DNA of 64,000 nucleotides from Escherichia coli (GTDB taxonomy: Bacteria; Pseudomonadota; Gammaproteobacteria; Enterobacterales; Enterobacteriaceae): assembly GCF_003334785.1 (NCBI RefSeq), contig NZ_QOWV01000011.1. One strand, given 5' to 3'. Position numbers and translations under genes: made by a program. Below are positions 45,844 to 60,782 of the stretch, one piece after another (position 1 is the stretch's first letter; each line of letters starts with the position of its first letter). The notes below the pieces were generated by a model. It was not told where the DNA came from. It saw only the letters and a program-made list of their open reading frames with translations, and searched no databases.

Positions 45844-47358
45844 ATGAGTTTTTCCGTTGATGTGCTGGCGAATATCGCCATCGAATTGCAGCGTGGGATT
45901 GGTCACCAGGATCGTTTTCAGCGCCTGATCACCACGCTACGTCAGGTGCTGGAGTGCGATGCGTCTGCGTTGCTACGTTACGATTCGCGGCAGTTTATTC
46001 CGCTTGCCATCGACGGTCTGGCAAAGGATGTACTCGGTAGACGCTTTGCGCTGGAAGGGCATCCACGGCTGGAAGCGATTGCCCGCGCCGGGGATGTGGT
46101 GCGCTTTCCCGCAGACAGCGAATTGCCCGATCCCTATGACGGTTTGATTCCTGGGCAGGAGAGTCTGAAGGTTCACGCCTGCGTTGGTCTGCCATTGTTT
46201 GCCGGGCAAAACCTGATCGGCGCACTGACGCTCGACGGGATGCAGCCCGATCAGTTCGATGTTTTCAGCGACGAAGAGCTACGGCTGATTGCTGCGCTGG
46301 CGGCGGGAGCGTTAAGCAATGCGTTGCTGATTGAACAACTGGAAAGCCAGAATATGCTGCCAGGCGATGCCACGCCGTTTGAAGCGGTGAAACAGACGCA
46401 GATGATTGGCTTGTCCCCTGGCATGACGCAACTGAAAAAAGAGATTGAGATTGTGGCGGCGTCCGATCTCAACGTCCTGATCAGCGGTGAGACTGGAACC
46501 GGTAAGGAGCTGGTGGCGAAAGCGATTCATGAAGCCTCGCCACGGGCGGTGAATCCGCTGGTCTATCTCAACTGTGCTGCACTGCCGGAAAGTGTGGCGG
46601 AAAGTGAGTTGTTCGGGCATGTGAAAGGAGCGTTTACTGGCGCTATCAGTAATCGCAGCGGGAAGTTTGAAATGGCGGATAACGGCACGCTGTTTCTGGA
46701 TGAGATCGGCGAGTTGTCGTTGGCATTGCAGGCCAAGCTGCTGAGGGTGTTGCAGTATGGCGATATTCAGCGCGTTGGCGATGACCGTTGTTTGCGGGTC
46801 GATGTGCGCGTGCTGGCGGCGACTAACCGCGATTTACGCGAAGAGGTGCTGGCAGGGCGATTCCGCGCCGATTTGTTTCATCGCCTGAGCGTGTTTCCAC
46901 TTTCGGTGCCGCCGCTGCGTGAGCGGGGCGATGATGTCATTCTGCTGGCGGGGTATTTCTGCGAGCAGTGTCGTTTGCGGCAGGGGCTCTCCCGCGTGGT
47001 ATTAAGTGCCGGAGCGCGAAATTTACTGCAACACTACAGTTTTCCGGGAAACGTGCGCGAACTGGAACATGCTATTCATCGGGCGGTAGTTCTGGCGAGA
47101 GCCACCCGCAGCGGCGATGAAGTGATTCTTGAGGCGCAACATTTTGCTTTTCCTGAGGTGACGTTGCCGACGCCAGAAGTGGCGGCGGTGCCCGTTGTTA
47201 AGCAAAACCTGCGTGAAGCGACAGAAGCGTTCCAGCGTGAAACTATTCGTCAGGCACTGGCACAAAATCATCACAACTGGGCTGCCTGCGCGCGGATGCT
47301 GGAAACCGACGTCGCCAACCTGCATCGGCTGGCGAAACGTCTGGGATTGAAGGATTAA
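45844..47358 (+). CDS. norR: NO-responsive sigma54-dependent activator NorR, 504 aa
   Basis: Start at the ATG giving [18 protein letters not shown] (ORF track starts 25 codons upstream, across the NorR sites); GAF, AAA+ (GETGTGKE) and HTH domains. Confidence 0.92.
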   Translation: MSFSVDVLANIAIELQRGIGHQDRFQRLITTLRQVLECDASALLRYDSRQFIPLAIDGLAKDVLGRRFALEGHPRLEAIARAGDVVRFPADSELPDPYDGLIPGQESLKVHACVGLPLFAGQNLIGALTLDGMQPDQFDVFSDEELRLIAALAAGALSNALLIEQLESQNMLPGDATPFEAVKQTQMIGLSPGMTQLKKEIEIVAASDLNVLISGETGTGKELVAKAIHEASPRAVNPLVYLNCAALPESVAESELFGHVKGAFTGAISNRSGKFEMADNGTLFLDEIGELSLALQAKLLRVLQYGDIQRVGDDRCLRVDVRVLAATNRDLREEVLAGRFRADLFHRLSVFPLSVPPLRERGDDVILLAGYFCEQCRLRQGLSRVVLSAGARNLLQHYSFPGNVRELEHAIHRAVVLARATRSGDEVILEAQHFAFPEVTLPTPEVAAVPVVKQNLREATEAFQRETIRQALAQNHHNWAACARMLETDVANLHRLAKRLGLKD

Positions 47359-48320
47359 ATAATCCCGGCCTGATAGAAATCCTGCAGGTTTATTGCGCCG
47401 GTGAGTTTGCCGTTTTCATCCACCACCGGTGCGGCAGTGATTTTGCGCTTCATCAGGATCTCTTTGGCGTCGATGGCGCGACTTTGCGATTGCAACGTGG
47501 TGCCGCCGACCGTCATCGCTTCATTGACTGGCGTGGTGAGTGCGCCGCCGCCAACCAGCCAGCGACGTAAATCGCCGTCGGTAAAGACGCCTTGTACCTG
47601 TTGTTGAGCGTCACATACCGCCACCAGCCCCAGACCGGTGCGGCTGAGTTCCAGCATCGCATCCATCACGCTGGCGGTTAACGCCACCTGTGGGATGGCA
47701 TCGTCACGGCGCATCAGATGATGCACTTTATTCAGCAAGCGAGCGCCCAGTGCCCCGGCTGGGTGGGAGCGGGCAAAATCTTCTTCATTAAATCCGCGCG
47801 CCTGCATGACCGCCATCGCCAGCGCGTCACCCATCATCAGGGTATTGACGGTGCTGGAGGTCGGCGCAAGGTGCATCGGGCAGGCTTCGCGTTCTACGGA
47901 GATATCCAGCACCGCTTTTGCCGCCAGGCCCAGCGGTGACGTCGGTTTGCCGGTCATCGCCAGCAGCGCGATAGATTTATCTTCCAGACGCGGAATAATC
48001 AGATCCAGTTCCTTCGCGCCACCGGAGTAAGAGATAAACAGCATCACATCGCGGCTTTCGATCATCCCCAGATCGCCGTGCAGCGCTTCTGCCGGATGGA
48101 CAAAAAAAGCCGGAGTGCCGGTACTGGCAAGCGTTGCGGCGATTTTCTTACCAATGTGGCCCGATTTGCCAATTCCCGAAACCACCACTTTGCCTTCACA
48201 GTGCAGGATGATATTGGCGGCGCGAACAAAATCATCGCCCAGACGTTCCGGTAAACGGCTTGCTTCCTGCAACTCCAGCATTAACGTCTGACGTCCCGCG
48301 TTCAGTAGTGCTTCACTCAT
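47355..48320 (-). CDS. gutQ: D-arabinose 5-phosphate isomerase (SIS plus tandem CBS), 321 aa
   Basis: SIS-domain motif [14 protein letters not shown]; stop codon overlaps the norR stop. Confidence 0.93.
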
Positions 48321-49086
48321 TGCTCTCTCCGGTTATGATCACATCGATCCCTTTCTCTTCCAGCGCCTGACGAAACGCCGGATCGATACCTGCGTCGGTA
48401 ATCAGCTTATCGACGCTTTCAAGACTGCAAACTACGTTGGGGCTTTTACGGCCAAACTTTGATGAGTCCGCCATCAAAATCACTTCGCGCGCGGCATTGC
48501 ACATTGCCTTACTGACGGTATAAACCTCGTTAAAGGTGGTTACGCCCGCATTGAGATCGATGCCGTCGGTGCCCATAAACAATTTATCGAAGGTGAAATG
48601 CTCGAAGGCATTCTCTGCCAGTTGCCCGTGAAATGAGGCCGATTTTTTGCGAAACGTTCCGCCTGGCATCAGGATAGTTTGTTCGTTATCCAGTTCGGAT
48701 AGCGCATTGACGATATGCAGGCTGTTGGTCATCACCGTGATGTTATTAAAGCGCGAGAGCAGGGGAACCATCTGCAAAACGGTACTGCCAGCATCAAGAA
48801 TGATCGAATCGCCATCATGGATAAAACTAACGGCAGCTTCTGCAATCAGCTCTTTCTTGTGGGTGTTGATGAGTGTTTTATGATCGATAGGCGGATCGGA
48901 TTCCTCTTTATTCAACACCACTCCGCCATAAGTACGAATGACGGTTCCGGCATGTTCCAGAATGACCAGATCTTTGCGAATGGTTGTGCCTGTGGTGTCA
49001 AAGTATTGCGCCAATTCTTCAACCGAGCATTTACCCTGCTTTTGCAGATACTCCAGAATGGCGGCCTGACGCTGACGAGGTTTCAT
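48313..49086 (-). CDS. srlR: Glucitol operon DeoR-family repressor, 257 aa
   Basis: DeoR HTH; overlaps gutQ start. Confidence 0.93.
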
Positions 49087-49152
49087 GGGCGTGATTACCT
49101 GATTTAGGTTTCAAAATGATAACTTCGCAAGCAAGTAACATTCACAACGAAA

Positions 49153-49512
49153 TTATCCACGTTTCAGTTTAAGCGCCAATGATAGAGCATTCTGTGATAG
49201 TGGATCATGGGGAAAGATCACATCGGGCTGTAAATCACCCGCATGCATACCGGTAATTGCGGGAATTTTTTGCGGTCGGGCGAAGACGGTCAGTCCTTTC
49301 ATAAACAAGGTGTCGACGATGCGCTGCTGATCGTCCAGCGCGATGGCGACCACGACCCGCGGTTTAAAGCGCCCGCTGGAACGGCCCACGCCAACCCGCC
49401 CTTGCTGGCATAGTGTGTCGAAGGCACGGTTAAAACGAGAAATTTGCCAGCCGCCTAAGGCCAGTTGCGCACACCAGGCGATAACGGCGACGGTGATGAG
49501 TGCGGATACCAT
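49153..49512 (-). CDS. gutM: Glucitol operon activator GutM, 119 aa
   Basis: Translation MVSALITVAVIAWCAQLALGGWQISRFNRAFD... Confidence 0.92.
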   Translation of the reverse strand: MVSALITVAVIAWCAQLALGGWQISRFNRAFDTLCQQGRVGVGRSSGRFKPRVVVAIALDDQQRIVDTLFMKGLTVFARPQKIPAITGMHAGDLQPDVIFPHDPLSQNALSLALKLKRG

Positions 49513-49547
49513 AACTTTTCCTTAATGTAGTGGCGGAAGTCCTGTAT

Positions 49548-49609
49548 GCCTGATGAGCGTAGCGCATCAGGCATTCTATAGTCTCACGGAGATCCTTAAT
49601 GGATCTCCG
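49548..49609. repeat. REP-like palindrome plus a perfect hairpin in the srlD-gutM intercistronic region
   Basis: TGCCTGATGAGCGTAGCGCATCAGGCA (REP-like) and CGGAGATCCTTAATGGATCTCCG, read directly. Confidence 0.6.
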
Positions 49610-49616
49610 CTGTTGA

Positions 49617-50771
<1,155 letters not shown>

Positions 50772-50781
50772 GTTTCAGCCT

Positions 50782-52319
<1,538 letters not shown>

Positions 52320-52556
52320 TTATTGTTTTATTACCAAACGGCAACCTAATCTAATCAGATTGAAAGATTTAAAAGTGTTATTTTGATCGCAAAATGAAAG
52401 ATAAATATTTTAATTTGAAAGTTTGAATAAAAGGATAGCGAGGGGAATGAGTTGAGTTATGTAAAGTCCGTATCGGGCAGTGACTACCGCTTCCTTGTGC
52501 GGGGCGTGATGCTTTACCATACTTGCCCCTGGTTGAATCTGTTAAATGGACCCCTC

Positions 52557-53642
52557 ATGTTCAAGCGTCGTTATGTAACATTGCTTCCCCTTTTTGTGTT
52601 GCTTGCCGCCTGTAGCAGCAAGCCAAAACCTACTGAGACTGATACGACCACCGGAACGCCGTCTGGCGGCTTCCTGCTTGAGCCGCAGCACAATGTGATG
52701 CAGATGGGCGGCGATTTCGCTAATAACCCGAATGCCCAGCAGTTCATCGACAAAATGGTGAACAAACACGGTTTCGATCGTCAGCAGTTGCAGGAAATTC
52801 TCTCCCAGGCGAAGCGTCTGGATTCGGTACTGCGGCTGATGGATAACCAGGCACCAACCACATCGGTGAAACCGCCATCAGGTCCGAACGGCGCATGGCT
52901 CCGTTATCGCAAAAAATTTATTACGCCGGACAACGTGCAGAACGGTGTGGTTTTCTGGAATCAGTATGAAGATGCGTTGAATCGCGCGTGGCAGGTGTAT
53001 GGAGTACCGCCGGAAATTATCGTCGGGATTATCGGCGTTGAAACCCGCTGGGGGCGCGTGATGGGGAAAACTCGCATCCTCGATGCGCTGGCAACGCTGT
53101 CATTTAACTACCCACGCCGCGCGGAGTATTTCTCTGGCGAGCTGGAAACCTTCCTGTTGATGGCGCGCGACGAGCAGGACGATCCGCTCAATCTGAAAGG
53201 TTCCTTTGCCGGGGCGATGGGCTACGGACAGTTTATGCCGTCGTCTTACAAACAATATGCGGTAGATTTCAGCGGCGACGGGCATATCAACCTGTGGGAT
53301 CCGGTTGATGCGATCGGTAGCGTGGCGAACTATTTCAAAGCGCACGGCTGGGTGAAAGGCGATCAGGTCGCGGTAATGGCAAACGGTCAGGCTCCAGGCT
53401 TGCCAAATGGCTTCAAAACTAAGTACAGCATTTCGCAGCTTGCCGCCGCAGGTTTAACGCCACAGCAGCCGCTGGGCAACCATCAACAAGCCAGCCTGCT
53501 GCGTCTGGATGTTGGCACCGGCTACCAGTACTGGTACGGTCTGCCGAACTTCTACACCATCACCCGTTACAACCACAGCACCCATTACGCAATGGCGGTC
53601 TGGCAGTTAGGACAAGCCGTGGCGCTGGCGCGAGTACAGTAG
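52557..53642 (+). CDS. mltB: Membrane-bound lytic murein transglycosylase B, 361 aa
   Basis: Start at the ATG giving MFKRRYVTLLPLFVLLAACSS (lipobox LAAC); ORF track extends 35 codons upstream. Confidence 0.92.
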   Translation: MFKRRYVTLLPLFVLLAACSSKPKPTETDTTTGTPSGGFLLEPQHNVMQMGGDFANNPNAQQFIDKMVNKHGFDRQQLQEILSQAKRLDSVLRLMDNQAPTTSVKPPSGPNGAWLRYRKKFITPDNVQNGVVFWNQYEDALNRAWQVYGVPPEIIVGIIGVETRWGRVMGKTRILDALATLSFNYPRRAEYFSGELETFLLMARDEQDDPLNLKGSFAGAMGYGQFMPSSYKQYAVDFSGDGHINLWDPVDAIGSVANYFKAHGWVKGDQVAVMANGQAPGLPNGFKTKYSISQLAAAGLTPQQPLGNHQQASLLRLDVGTGYQYWYGLPNFYTITRYNHSTHYAMAVWQLGQAVALARVQ

Positions 53643-53786
53643 CTATTTACAAGAGGGGGGCGTGAGCTTCCCTCTGGCTAATCAGCTTTTTTCTGAATCC
53701 TCCTCGTAAAATTGCAACGCCAACACCATCTTCCTGACGAAAGTGCTATCTTGTCCGGCATAAATTTTTGACTGACAGAGGTTGTG

Positions 53787-54280
53787 ATGACTGACAGTGA
53801 ACTGATGCAGTTAAGTGAACAGGTTGGGCAGGCGCTGAAAGCCCGTGGCGCAACCGTAACAACTGCCGAGTCTTGTACCGGTGGTTGGGTAGCGAAAGTG
53901 ATTACCGATATTGCCGGTAGCTCCGCCTGGTTTGAACGCGGATTTGTCACCTACAGTAACGAAGCCAAAGCGCAGATGATCGGCGTACGCGAAGAGACGC
54001 TGGCGCAGCATGGCGCGGTGAGTGAACCCGTCGTGGTGGAAATGGCGATAGGCGCACTGAAAGCGGCTCGTGCTGATTATGCCGTGTCTATTAGTGGTAT
54101 CGCCGGGCCGGATGGCGGCAGTGAAGAGAAGCCTGTCGGCACCGTCTGGTTTGCTTTTGCCACTGCCCGCGGTGAAGGCATTACCCGGCGGGAATGCTTC
54201 AGCGGCGACCGTGATGCGGTGCGTCGTCAGGCTACTGCGTATGCATTGCAGACCTTGTGGCAACAATTTCTACAAAACAC

Positions 54281-54284
<4 letters not shown>
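53787..54284 (+). CDS. pncC: NMN amidohydrolase PncC (CinA C-terminal domain), 165 aa
   Basis: Start at the ATG giving MTDSELMQLSEQVG...; ORF track starts one codon earlier at GTG. Confidence 0.92.
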
Positions 54285-55425
<1,141 letters not shown>

Positions 55426-55443
55426 TCGTCTTGTTTGATACAC

Positions 55444-55476
55444 AAGGGTCGCATCTGCGGCCCTTTTGCTTTTTTA
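55444..55476 (+). terminator. Rho-independent terminator between recA and recX
   Basis: AGGGTCGCATCTGCGGCCCT hairpin followed by TTTGCTTTTTT. Confidence 0.7.
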
Positions 55477-55493
55477 AGTTGTAAGGATATGCC

Positions 55494-55994
55494 ATGACAG
55501 AATCAACATCCCGTCGCCCGGCATATGCTCGCCTGTTGGATCGTGCGGTACGCATTCTGGCGGTGCGCGATCACAGTGAGCAAGAACTGCGACGTAAACT
55601 CGCGGCACCGATTATGGGCAAAAATGGCCCAGAAGAGATTGATGCTACGGCAGAAGATTACGAGCGCGTTATTGCCTGGTGCCATGAACATGGCTATCTC
55701 GATGACAGCCGATTTGTTGCGCGCTTTATCGCCAGCCGTAGCCGCAAAGGTTATGGACCTGCGCGTATTCGCCAGGAACTGAATCAGAAAGGTATTTCCC
55801 GCGAAGCGACAGAAAAAGCGATGCGTGAATGTGACATCGACTGGTGCGCACTGGCGCGCGATCAGGCGACGCGAAAATATGGCGAACCTTTGCCAACTGT
55901 CTTTTCAGAAAAAGTTAAGATCCAGCGTTTTCTGCTCTATCGTGGCTATCTGATGGAAGATATCCAGGAGATTTGGCGAAATTTTGCCGACTGA
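55494..55994 (+). CDS. recX: RecA regulator RecX, 166 aa
   Basis: Translation [36 protein letters not shown]... Confidence 0.94.
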   Translation: MTESTSRRPAYARLLDRAVRILAVRDHSEQELRRKLAAPIMGKNGPEEIDATAEDYERVIAWCHEHGYLDDSRFVARFIASRSRKGYGPARIRQELNQKGISREATEKAMRECDIDWCALARDQATRKYGEPLPTVFSEKVKIQRFLLYRGYLMEDIQEIWRNFAD

Positions 55995-56121
55995 ACGCAT
56001 ACGGTATTTTACTTCCCAGTCAAGAAAACTTATCTTATTCCCACTTTTCAGTTACCAGCCCGGCGGTTAAGACACGCTGGAGCTGGTGGCGATATTTCGT
56101 TAGCTTGATTTCAGGATAATT

Positions 56122-58752
56122 ATGAGCAAGAGCACCGCTGAGATCCGTCAGGCGTTTCTCGACTTTTTCCATAGTAAGGGACATCAGGTAGTTGCCAGCA
56201 GCTCCCTGGTACCCCATAACGACCCAACTTTGTTGTTTACCAACGCCGGGATGAACCAGTTCAAGGATGTGTTCCTTGGGCTCGACAAGCGTAATTATTC
56301 CCGCGCTACCACTTCCCAACGCTGCGTGCGTGCGGGTGGTAAACACAACGACCTGGAAAACGTCGGTTACACCGCGCGTCACCATACCTTCTTCGAAATG
56401 CTGGGCAACTTCAGCTTCGGCGACTATTTCAAACACGATGCCATTCAGTTTGCATGGGAACTGCTGACCAGCGAAAAATGGTTTGCCCTGCCGAAAGAGC
56501 GTCTGTGGGTTACCGTCTATGAAAGCGACGACGAAGCCTACGAAATCTGGGAAAAAGAAGTAGGGATCCCGCGCGAACGTATTATTCGCATCGGCGATAA
56601 CAAAGGTGCGCCATACGCATCTGACAACTTCTGGCAGATGGGTGACACTGGTCCGTGCGGCCCGTGCACCGAAATCTTCTACGATCACGGCGACCACATT
56701 TGGGGGGGCCCTCCGGGAAGCCCGGAAGAAGACGGCGACCGCTACATTGAGATCTGGAACATCGTCTTCATGCAGTTCAACCGCCAGGCCGATGGCACGA
56801 TGGAACCGCTGCCGAAGCCGTCTGTAGATACCGGTATGGGTCTGGAGCGTATTGCTGCGGTGCTGCAACACGTTAACTCTAACTATGACATCGACCTGTT
56901 CCGCACGCTGATCCAGGCGGTAGCGAAAGTCACTGGCGCAACCGATCTGAGCAATAAATCGCTGCGCGTAATCGCTGACCACATTCGTTCTTGTGCGTTC
57001 CTGATCGCGGATGGCGTAATGCCGTCCAATGAAAACCGTGGTTATGTACTGCGTCGTATCATTCGTCGCGCAGTGCGTCACGGTAATATGCTCGGCGCGA
57101 AAGAAACCTTCTTCTACAAACTGGTTGGTCCGCTGATCGACGTTATGGGCTCTGCGGGTGAAGACCTGAAACGCCAGCAGGCGCAGGTTGAGCAGGTGCT
57201 GAAGACTGAAGAAGAGCAGTTTGCTCGTACTCTGGAGCGCGGTCTGGCGTTGCTGGATGAAGAGCTGGCAAAACTTTCTGGTGATACGCTGGATGGTGAA
57301 ACTGCTTTCCGTCTGTACGACACCTATGGCTTCCCGGTTGACCTGACGGCTGATGTTTGTCGTGAGCGCAACATCAAAGTTGACGAAGCTGGTTTTGAAG
57401 CTGCAATGGAAGAGCAGCGTCGTCGCGCGCGCGAAGCCAGCGGCTTTGGTGCCGATTACAACGCAATGATCCGTGTTGACAGTGCATCTGAATTTAAAGG
57501 CTATGACCATCTGGAACTGAACGGCAAAGTGACTGCGCTGTTTGTTGATGGTAAAGCGGTTGATGCCATCAATGCAGGCCAGGAAGCTGTGGTCGTGCTG
57601 GATCAAACGCCATTCTATGCGGAATCCGGCGGTCAGGTTGGCGATAAAGGCGAACTGAAAGGCGCTAACTTCTCCTTTGCGGTGGAAGATACGCAGAAAT
57701 ACGGCCAGGCGATTGGTCACATCGGTAAACTTGCTGCGGGTTCTCTGAAAGTGGGCGACGCGGTGCAGGCTGATGTTGATGAGGCTCGTCGCGCCCGTAT
57801 TCGTCTGAATCACTCCGCAACGCACCTGATGCACGCTGCGCTGCGCCAGGTTCTGGGTACTCATGTATCGCAGAAAGGTTCACTGGTTAACGACAAGGTG
57901 CTGCGCTTCGACTTCTCACACAACGAAGCGATGAAACCAGAAGAGATTCGTGCGGTCGAAGACCTGGTGAACACACAGATTCGTCGCAATTTGCCGATCG
58001 AAACCAACATCATGGATCTCGAAGCGGCGAAAGCGAAAGGTGCGATGGCGCTGTTCGGCGAGAAGTATGATGAGCGCGTACGCGTGCTGAGCATGGGCGA
58101 TTTCTCTACCGAGTTGTGTGGCGGTACTCACGCCAGCCGCACTGGTGATATTGGTCTGTTCCGCATCATCTCTGAATCGGGTACTGCTGCAGGCGTTCGT
58201 CGTATCGAAGCGGTAACCGGAGAAGGTGCTATCGCCACCGTTCATGCAGACAGCGATCGCTTAAGCGAAGTCGCGCATCTGCTGAAAGGCGATAGCAATA
58301 ATCTGGCTGATAAAGTGCGCTCAGTACTGGAACGTACGCGTCAGCTGGAAAAAGAGTTACAACAGCTTAAAGAACAAGCTGCCGCACAGGAGAGCGCAAA
58401 TCTTTCCAGTAAGGCAATTGATGTTAATGGTGTTAAGCTGTTGGTTAGCGAGCTTAGCGGTGTTGAGCCGAAAATGTTGCGTACCATGGTTGACGATTTA
58501 AAAAATCAGCTGGGGTCGACAATTATCGTGCTGGCAACGGTAGTCGAAGGTAAGGTTTCTCTGATTGCAGGCGTATCTAAGGACGTCACAGATCGTGTGA
58601 AAGCAGGGGAACTGATTGGTATGGTCGCTCAGCAGGTGGGCGGCAAGGGTGGTGGACGTCCTGACATGGCGCAAGCCGGTGGTACGGATGCTGCGGCCTT
58701 ACCTGCAGCGTTAGCCAGTGTGAAAGGCTGGGTCAGCGCGAAATTGCAATAA
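56122..58752 (+). CDS. alaS: Alanine--tRNA ligase, 876 aa
   Basis: Class II aaRS beginning [24 protein letters not shown]...; editing-domain HxxxH motif. Confidence 0.97.
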
Positions 58753-58986
58753 TATAAGCGTCAGGCAATGCCGTGGACTCGCTTCACGGCATTCGCATTA
58801 ACGCTATCGACAACGATAAAGTCAGGTTGAAGTTGTGTATATCGGCTAAACTTAGGTTTAACAGAATGTAATGCCATGACTGCTTAGATGTAATGTGTTT
58901 GTCATTGCTTACTTTTTGGCGTTATATGATGGATAATGCCGGGATACAGAGAGACCCGACTCTTTTAATCTTTCAAGGAGCAAAGA

Positions 58987-59172
58987 ATGCTGATTCTGAC
59001 TCGTCGAGTTGGTGAGACCCTCATGATTGGGGATGAGGTCACCGTGACAGTTTTAGGGGTAAAGGGCAACCAGGTACGTATTGGCGTAAATGCCCCGAAG
59101 GAAGTTTCTGTTCACCGTGAAGAGATCTACCAGCGTATCCAGGCTGAAAAATCCCAGCAGTCCAGTTACTAA
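58987..59172 (+). CDS. csrA: Carbon storage regulator CsrA, 61 aa
   Basis: Translation [61 protein letters not shown]. Confidence 0.97.
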
Positions 59173-59397
59173 TCTTTCCGCGTCTCATCTTTATCGGTGA
59201 GACGCACCCTCAAAATTTCTCCTTCACTCTATAGTCTTTTCGCTTTACTCCCGTTCATTCAACTTAAGTCTCCATTTTTTTGCATTACTACTATCTGTCA
59301 GACCTCCATTCTTCTGTTGATAAAACACTCTTTTTGACGTTTTTACAGACTAATTGAACGTGAAGTGTGCAAACGATAAAAGTGTAGGAAAAATTGT

Positions 59398-59425
59398 TTG
59401 ACTTATAAGTCTCAGAAAGTAATAT
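59398..59425 (+). promoter_or_regulatory. Candidate sigma70 promoter of the tRNA operon (-35 TTGACT, 16-bp spacer, -10 TAATAT, GC-rich discriminator)
   Basis: Hexamers read directly about 60 nt upstream of tRNA-Ser; AT-rich UP-like region upstream. Confidence 0.5.
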
Positions 59426-59488
59426 GTGCGCCACGCAGCGACGATGAGCGATAAACAAGTTCTTCGAAGCACTCGTAAGAGGCGTGTG

Positions 59489-59581
59489 GTGAGGTGGCCG
59501 AGAGGCTGAAGGCGCTCCCCTGCTAAGGGAGTATGCGGTCAAAAGCTGCATCCGGGGTTCGAATCCCCGCCTCACCGCCAT
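59489..59581 (+). tRNA. serV: tRNA-Ser (anticodon GCU), 93 nt with CCA end
   Basis: GGTGAGGTGGCCGAGAGG...GGTTCGAATCCCCGCCTCACCGCCA; long variable arm; anticodon loop CTGCTAA. Confidence 0.95.
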
Positions 59582-59584
59582 TTG

Positions 59585-59661
59585 CATCCGTAGCTCAGCT
59601 GGATAGAGTACTCGGCTACGAACCGAGCGGTCGGAGGTTCGAATCCTCCCGGATGCACCAT
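59585..59661 (+). tRNA. argV: tRNA-Arg (anticodon ACG), 77 nt with CCA end
   Basis: GCATCCGTAGCTCAGCTGGATAGAGTACTCGGCTACGAACCGAGCGGTCGGAGGTTCGAATCCTCCCGGATGCACCA; gene symbol is positional. Confidence 0.95.
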
Positions 59662-59777
59662 ATTCTCCGAAATCTTCAGCAATGAAGGTATCGAAGAGGT
59701 AGCGGAATTAACCGCAGGCACTAGGGATGATAACGTTGCTTTAGCAACGGCCCGAAGGGCGAGCCGCAAGGCGAGTA

Positions 59778-59796
59778 ATCCTCCCGGATGCACCAT
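59778..59796 (+). repeat. Truncated pseudo-copy of the tRNA-Arg 3' end (AATCCTCCCGGATGCACCA) inside the inter-tRNA spacer
   Basis: 19-nt exact match to the tRNA-Arg 3' end, preceded by a CGTTGC-TTTA-GCAACG hairpin. Confidence 0.8.
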
Positions 59797-59859
59797 CTCT
59801 TAATTGATATGGCTTTAGTAGCGGTATCAATATCAGCAGTAGAATAAGTTTTCCCGATG

Positions 59860-59936
59860 CATCCGTAGCTCAGCTGGATAGAGTACTCGGCTACGAACCG
59901 AGCGGTCGGAGGTTCGAATCCTCCCGGATGCACCAT
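59860..59936 (+). tRNA. tRNA-Arg (anticodon ACG), second identical copy
   Basis: Identical 77-nt sequence, 275 bp after the first copy. Confidence 0.95.
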
Positions 59937-60051
59937 ATTCTCCGTAACCTTCAGCAATGAAGGTATCGAAGAGATAGCGGTATTAACCGCAGGCACCAGG
60001 AAGGATAACGTTGCGCCAGCAACGGCCCGAAGGGCGAACGTCAGTGAGTCA

Positions 60052-60069
60052 TCCTCCCGGATGCACCAT
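60052..60069 (+). repeat. Second truncated pseudo-copy of the tRNA-Arg 3' end (ATCCTCCCGGATGCACCA)
   Basis: 18-nt exact match, 274 bp after the first pseudo-copy, again preceded by a GTTGCGCCAGCAAC hairpin. Confidence 0.8.
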
Positions 60070-60215
60070 CTTCTCCAAAAAATTTCCTTCAAAAATATCT
60101 CATTTCTAAATAAGTCCTTTATCCATTTCCTGAATTTTCTTCTCCTTCGCCATCAGCGACAAAATCAAGCAATTACGCTAAAGTAGCGTCATATTTTTCG
60201 ACTTGCGAGAAGACC

Positions 60216-60782
60216 ATGTACGAGCGTTATGCAGGTTTAATTTTTGATATGGATGGCACAATCCTGGATACGGAGCCTACGCACCGTAAAGCGTGGCGCG
60301 AAGTATTAGGGCACTACGGTCTTCAGTACGATATTCAGGCGATGATTGCGCTTAATGGATCGCCCACCTGGCGTATTGCTCAGGCAATTATTGAGCTGAA
60401 TCAGGCCGATCTCGACCCGCATGCGTTAGCGCGTGAAAAAACAGAAGCAGTAAGAAGTATGCTGCTGGATAGCGTCGAACCGCTTCCTCTTGTTGATGTG
60501 GTGAAAAGTTGGCATGGTCGTCGCCCAATGGCTGTAGGAACGGGGAGTGAAAGCGCCATCGCTGAGGCATTGCTGGCGCACCTGGGATTACGCCATTATT
60601 TTGACGCCGTCGTCGCTGCCGATCACGTCAAACACCATAAACCCGCGCCAGACACATTTTTGTTGTGCGCGCAGCGTATGGGCGTGCAACCGACGCAGTG
60701 TGTGGTCTTTGAAGATGCCGATTTCGGTATTCAGGCGGCCCGTGCAGCAGGCATGGACGCCGTGGATGTTCGCTTGCTGTGA
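60216..60782 (+). CDS. yqaB: HAD-superfamily sugar phosphatase, 188 aa
   Basis: HAD motif I FDMDGTILDTE. Confidence 0.92.
   Translation: MYERYAGLIFDMDGTILDTEPTHRKAWREVLGHYGLQYDIQAMIALNGSPTWRIAQAIIELNQADLDPHALAREKTEAVRSMLLDSVEPLPLVDVVKSWHGRRPMAVGTGSESAIAEALLAHLGLRHYFDAVVAADHVKHHKPAPDTFLLCAQRMGVQPTQCVVFEDADFGIQAARAAGMDAVDVRLL

Noticed and set aside
56035-57864. 609-aa ORF antisense to alaS
   Set aside because: It lies entirely inside and opposite the clearly recognisable alaS gene; it is low-complexity and unlike any family I recognise, a typical antisense artefact in GC-rich coding sequence.
59180-59205. Hairpin after csrA (GCGTCTCA...TGAGACGC) as an intrinsic terminator
   Set aside because: The stem is clear but it is not followed by a T-run on the plus strand, so I cannot support calling it a canonical rho-independent terminator.
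59291-60092. Three minus-strand ORFs (98, 74 and 123 aa) across the tRNA operon
   Set aside because: They overlap the tRNA-Ser and tRNA-Arg genes and the tandem repeat; the similar peptides simply reflect the repeated tRNA sequence.
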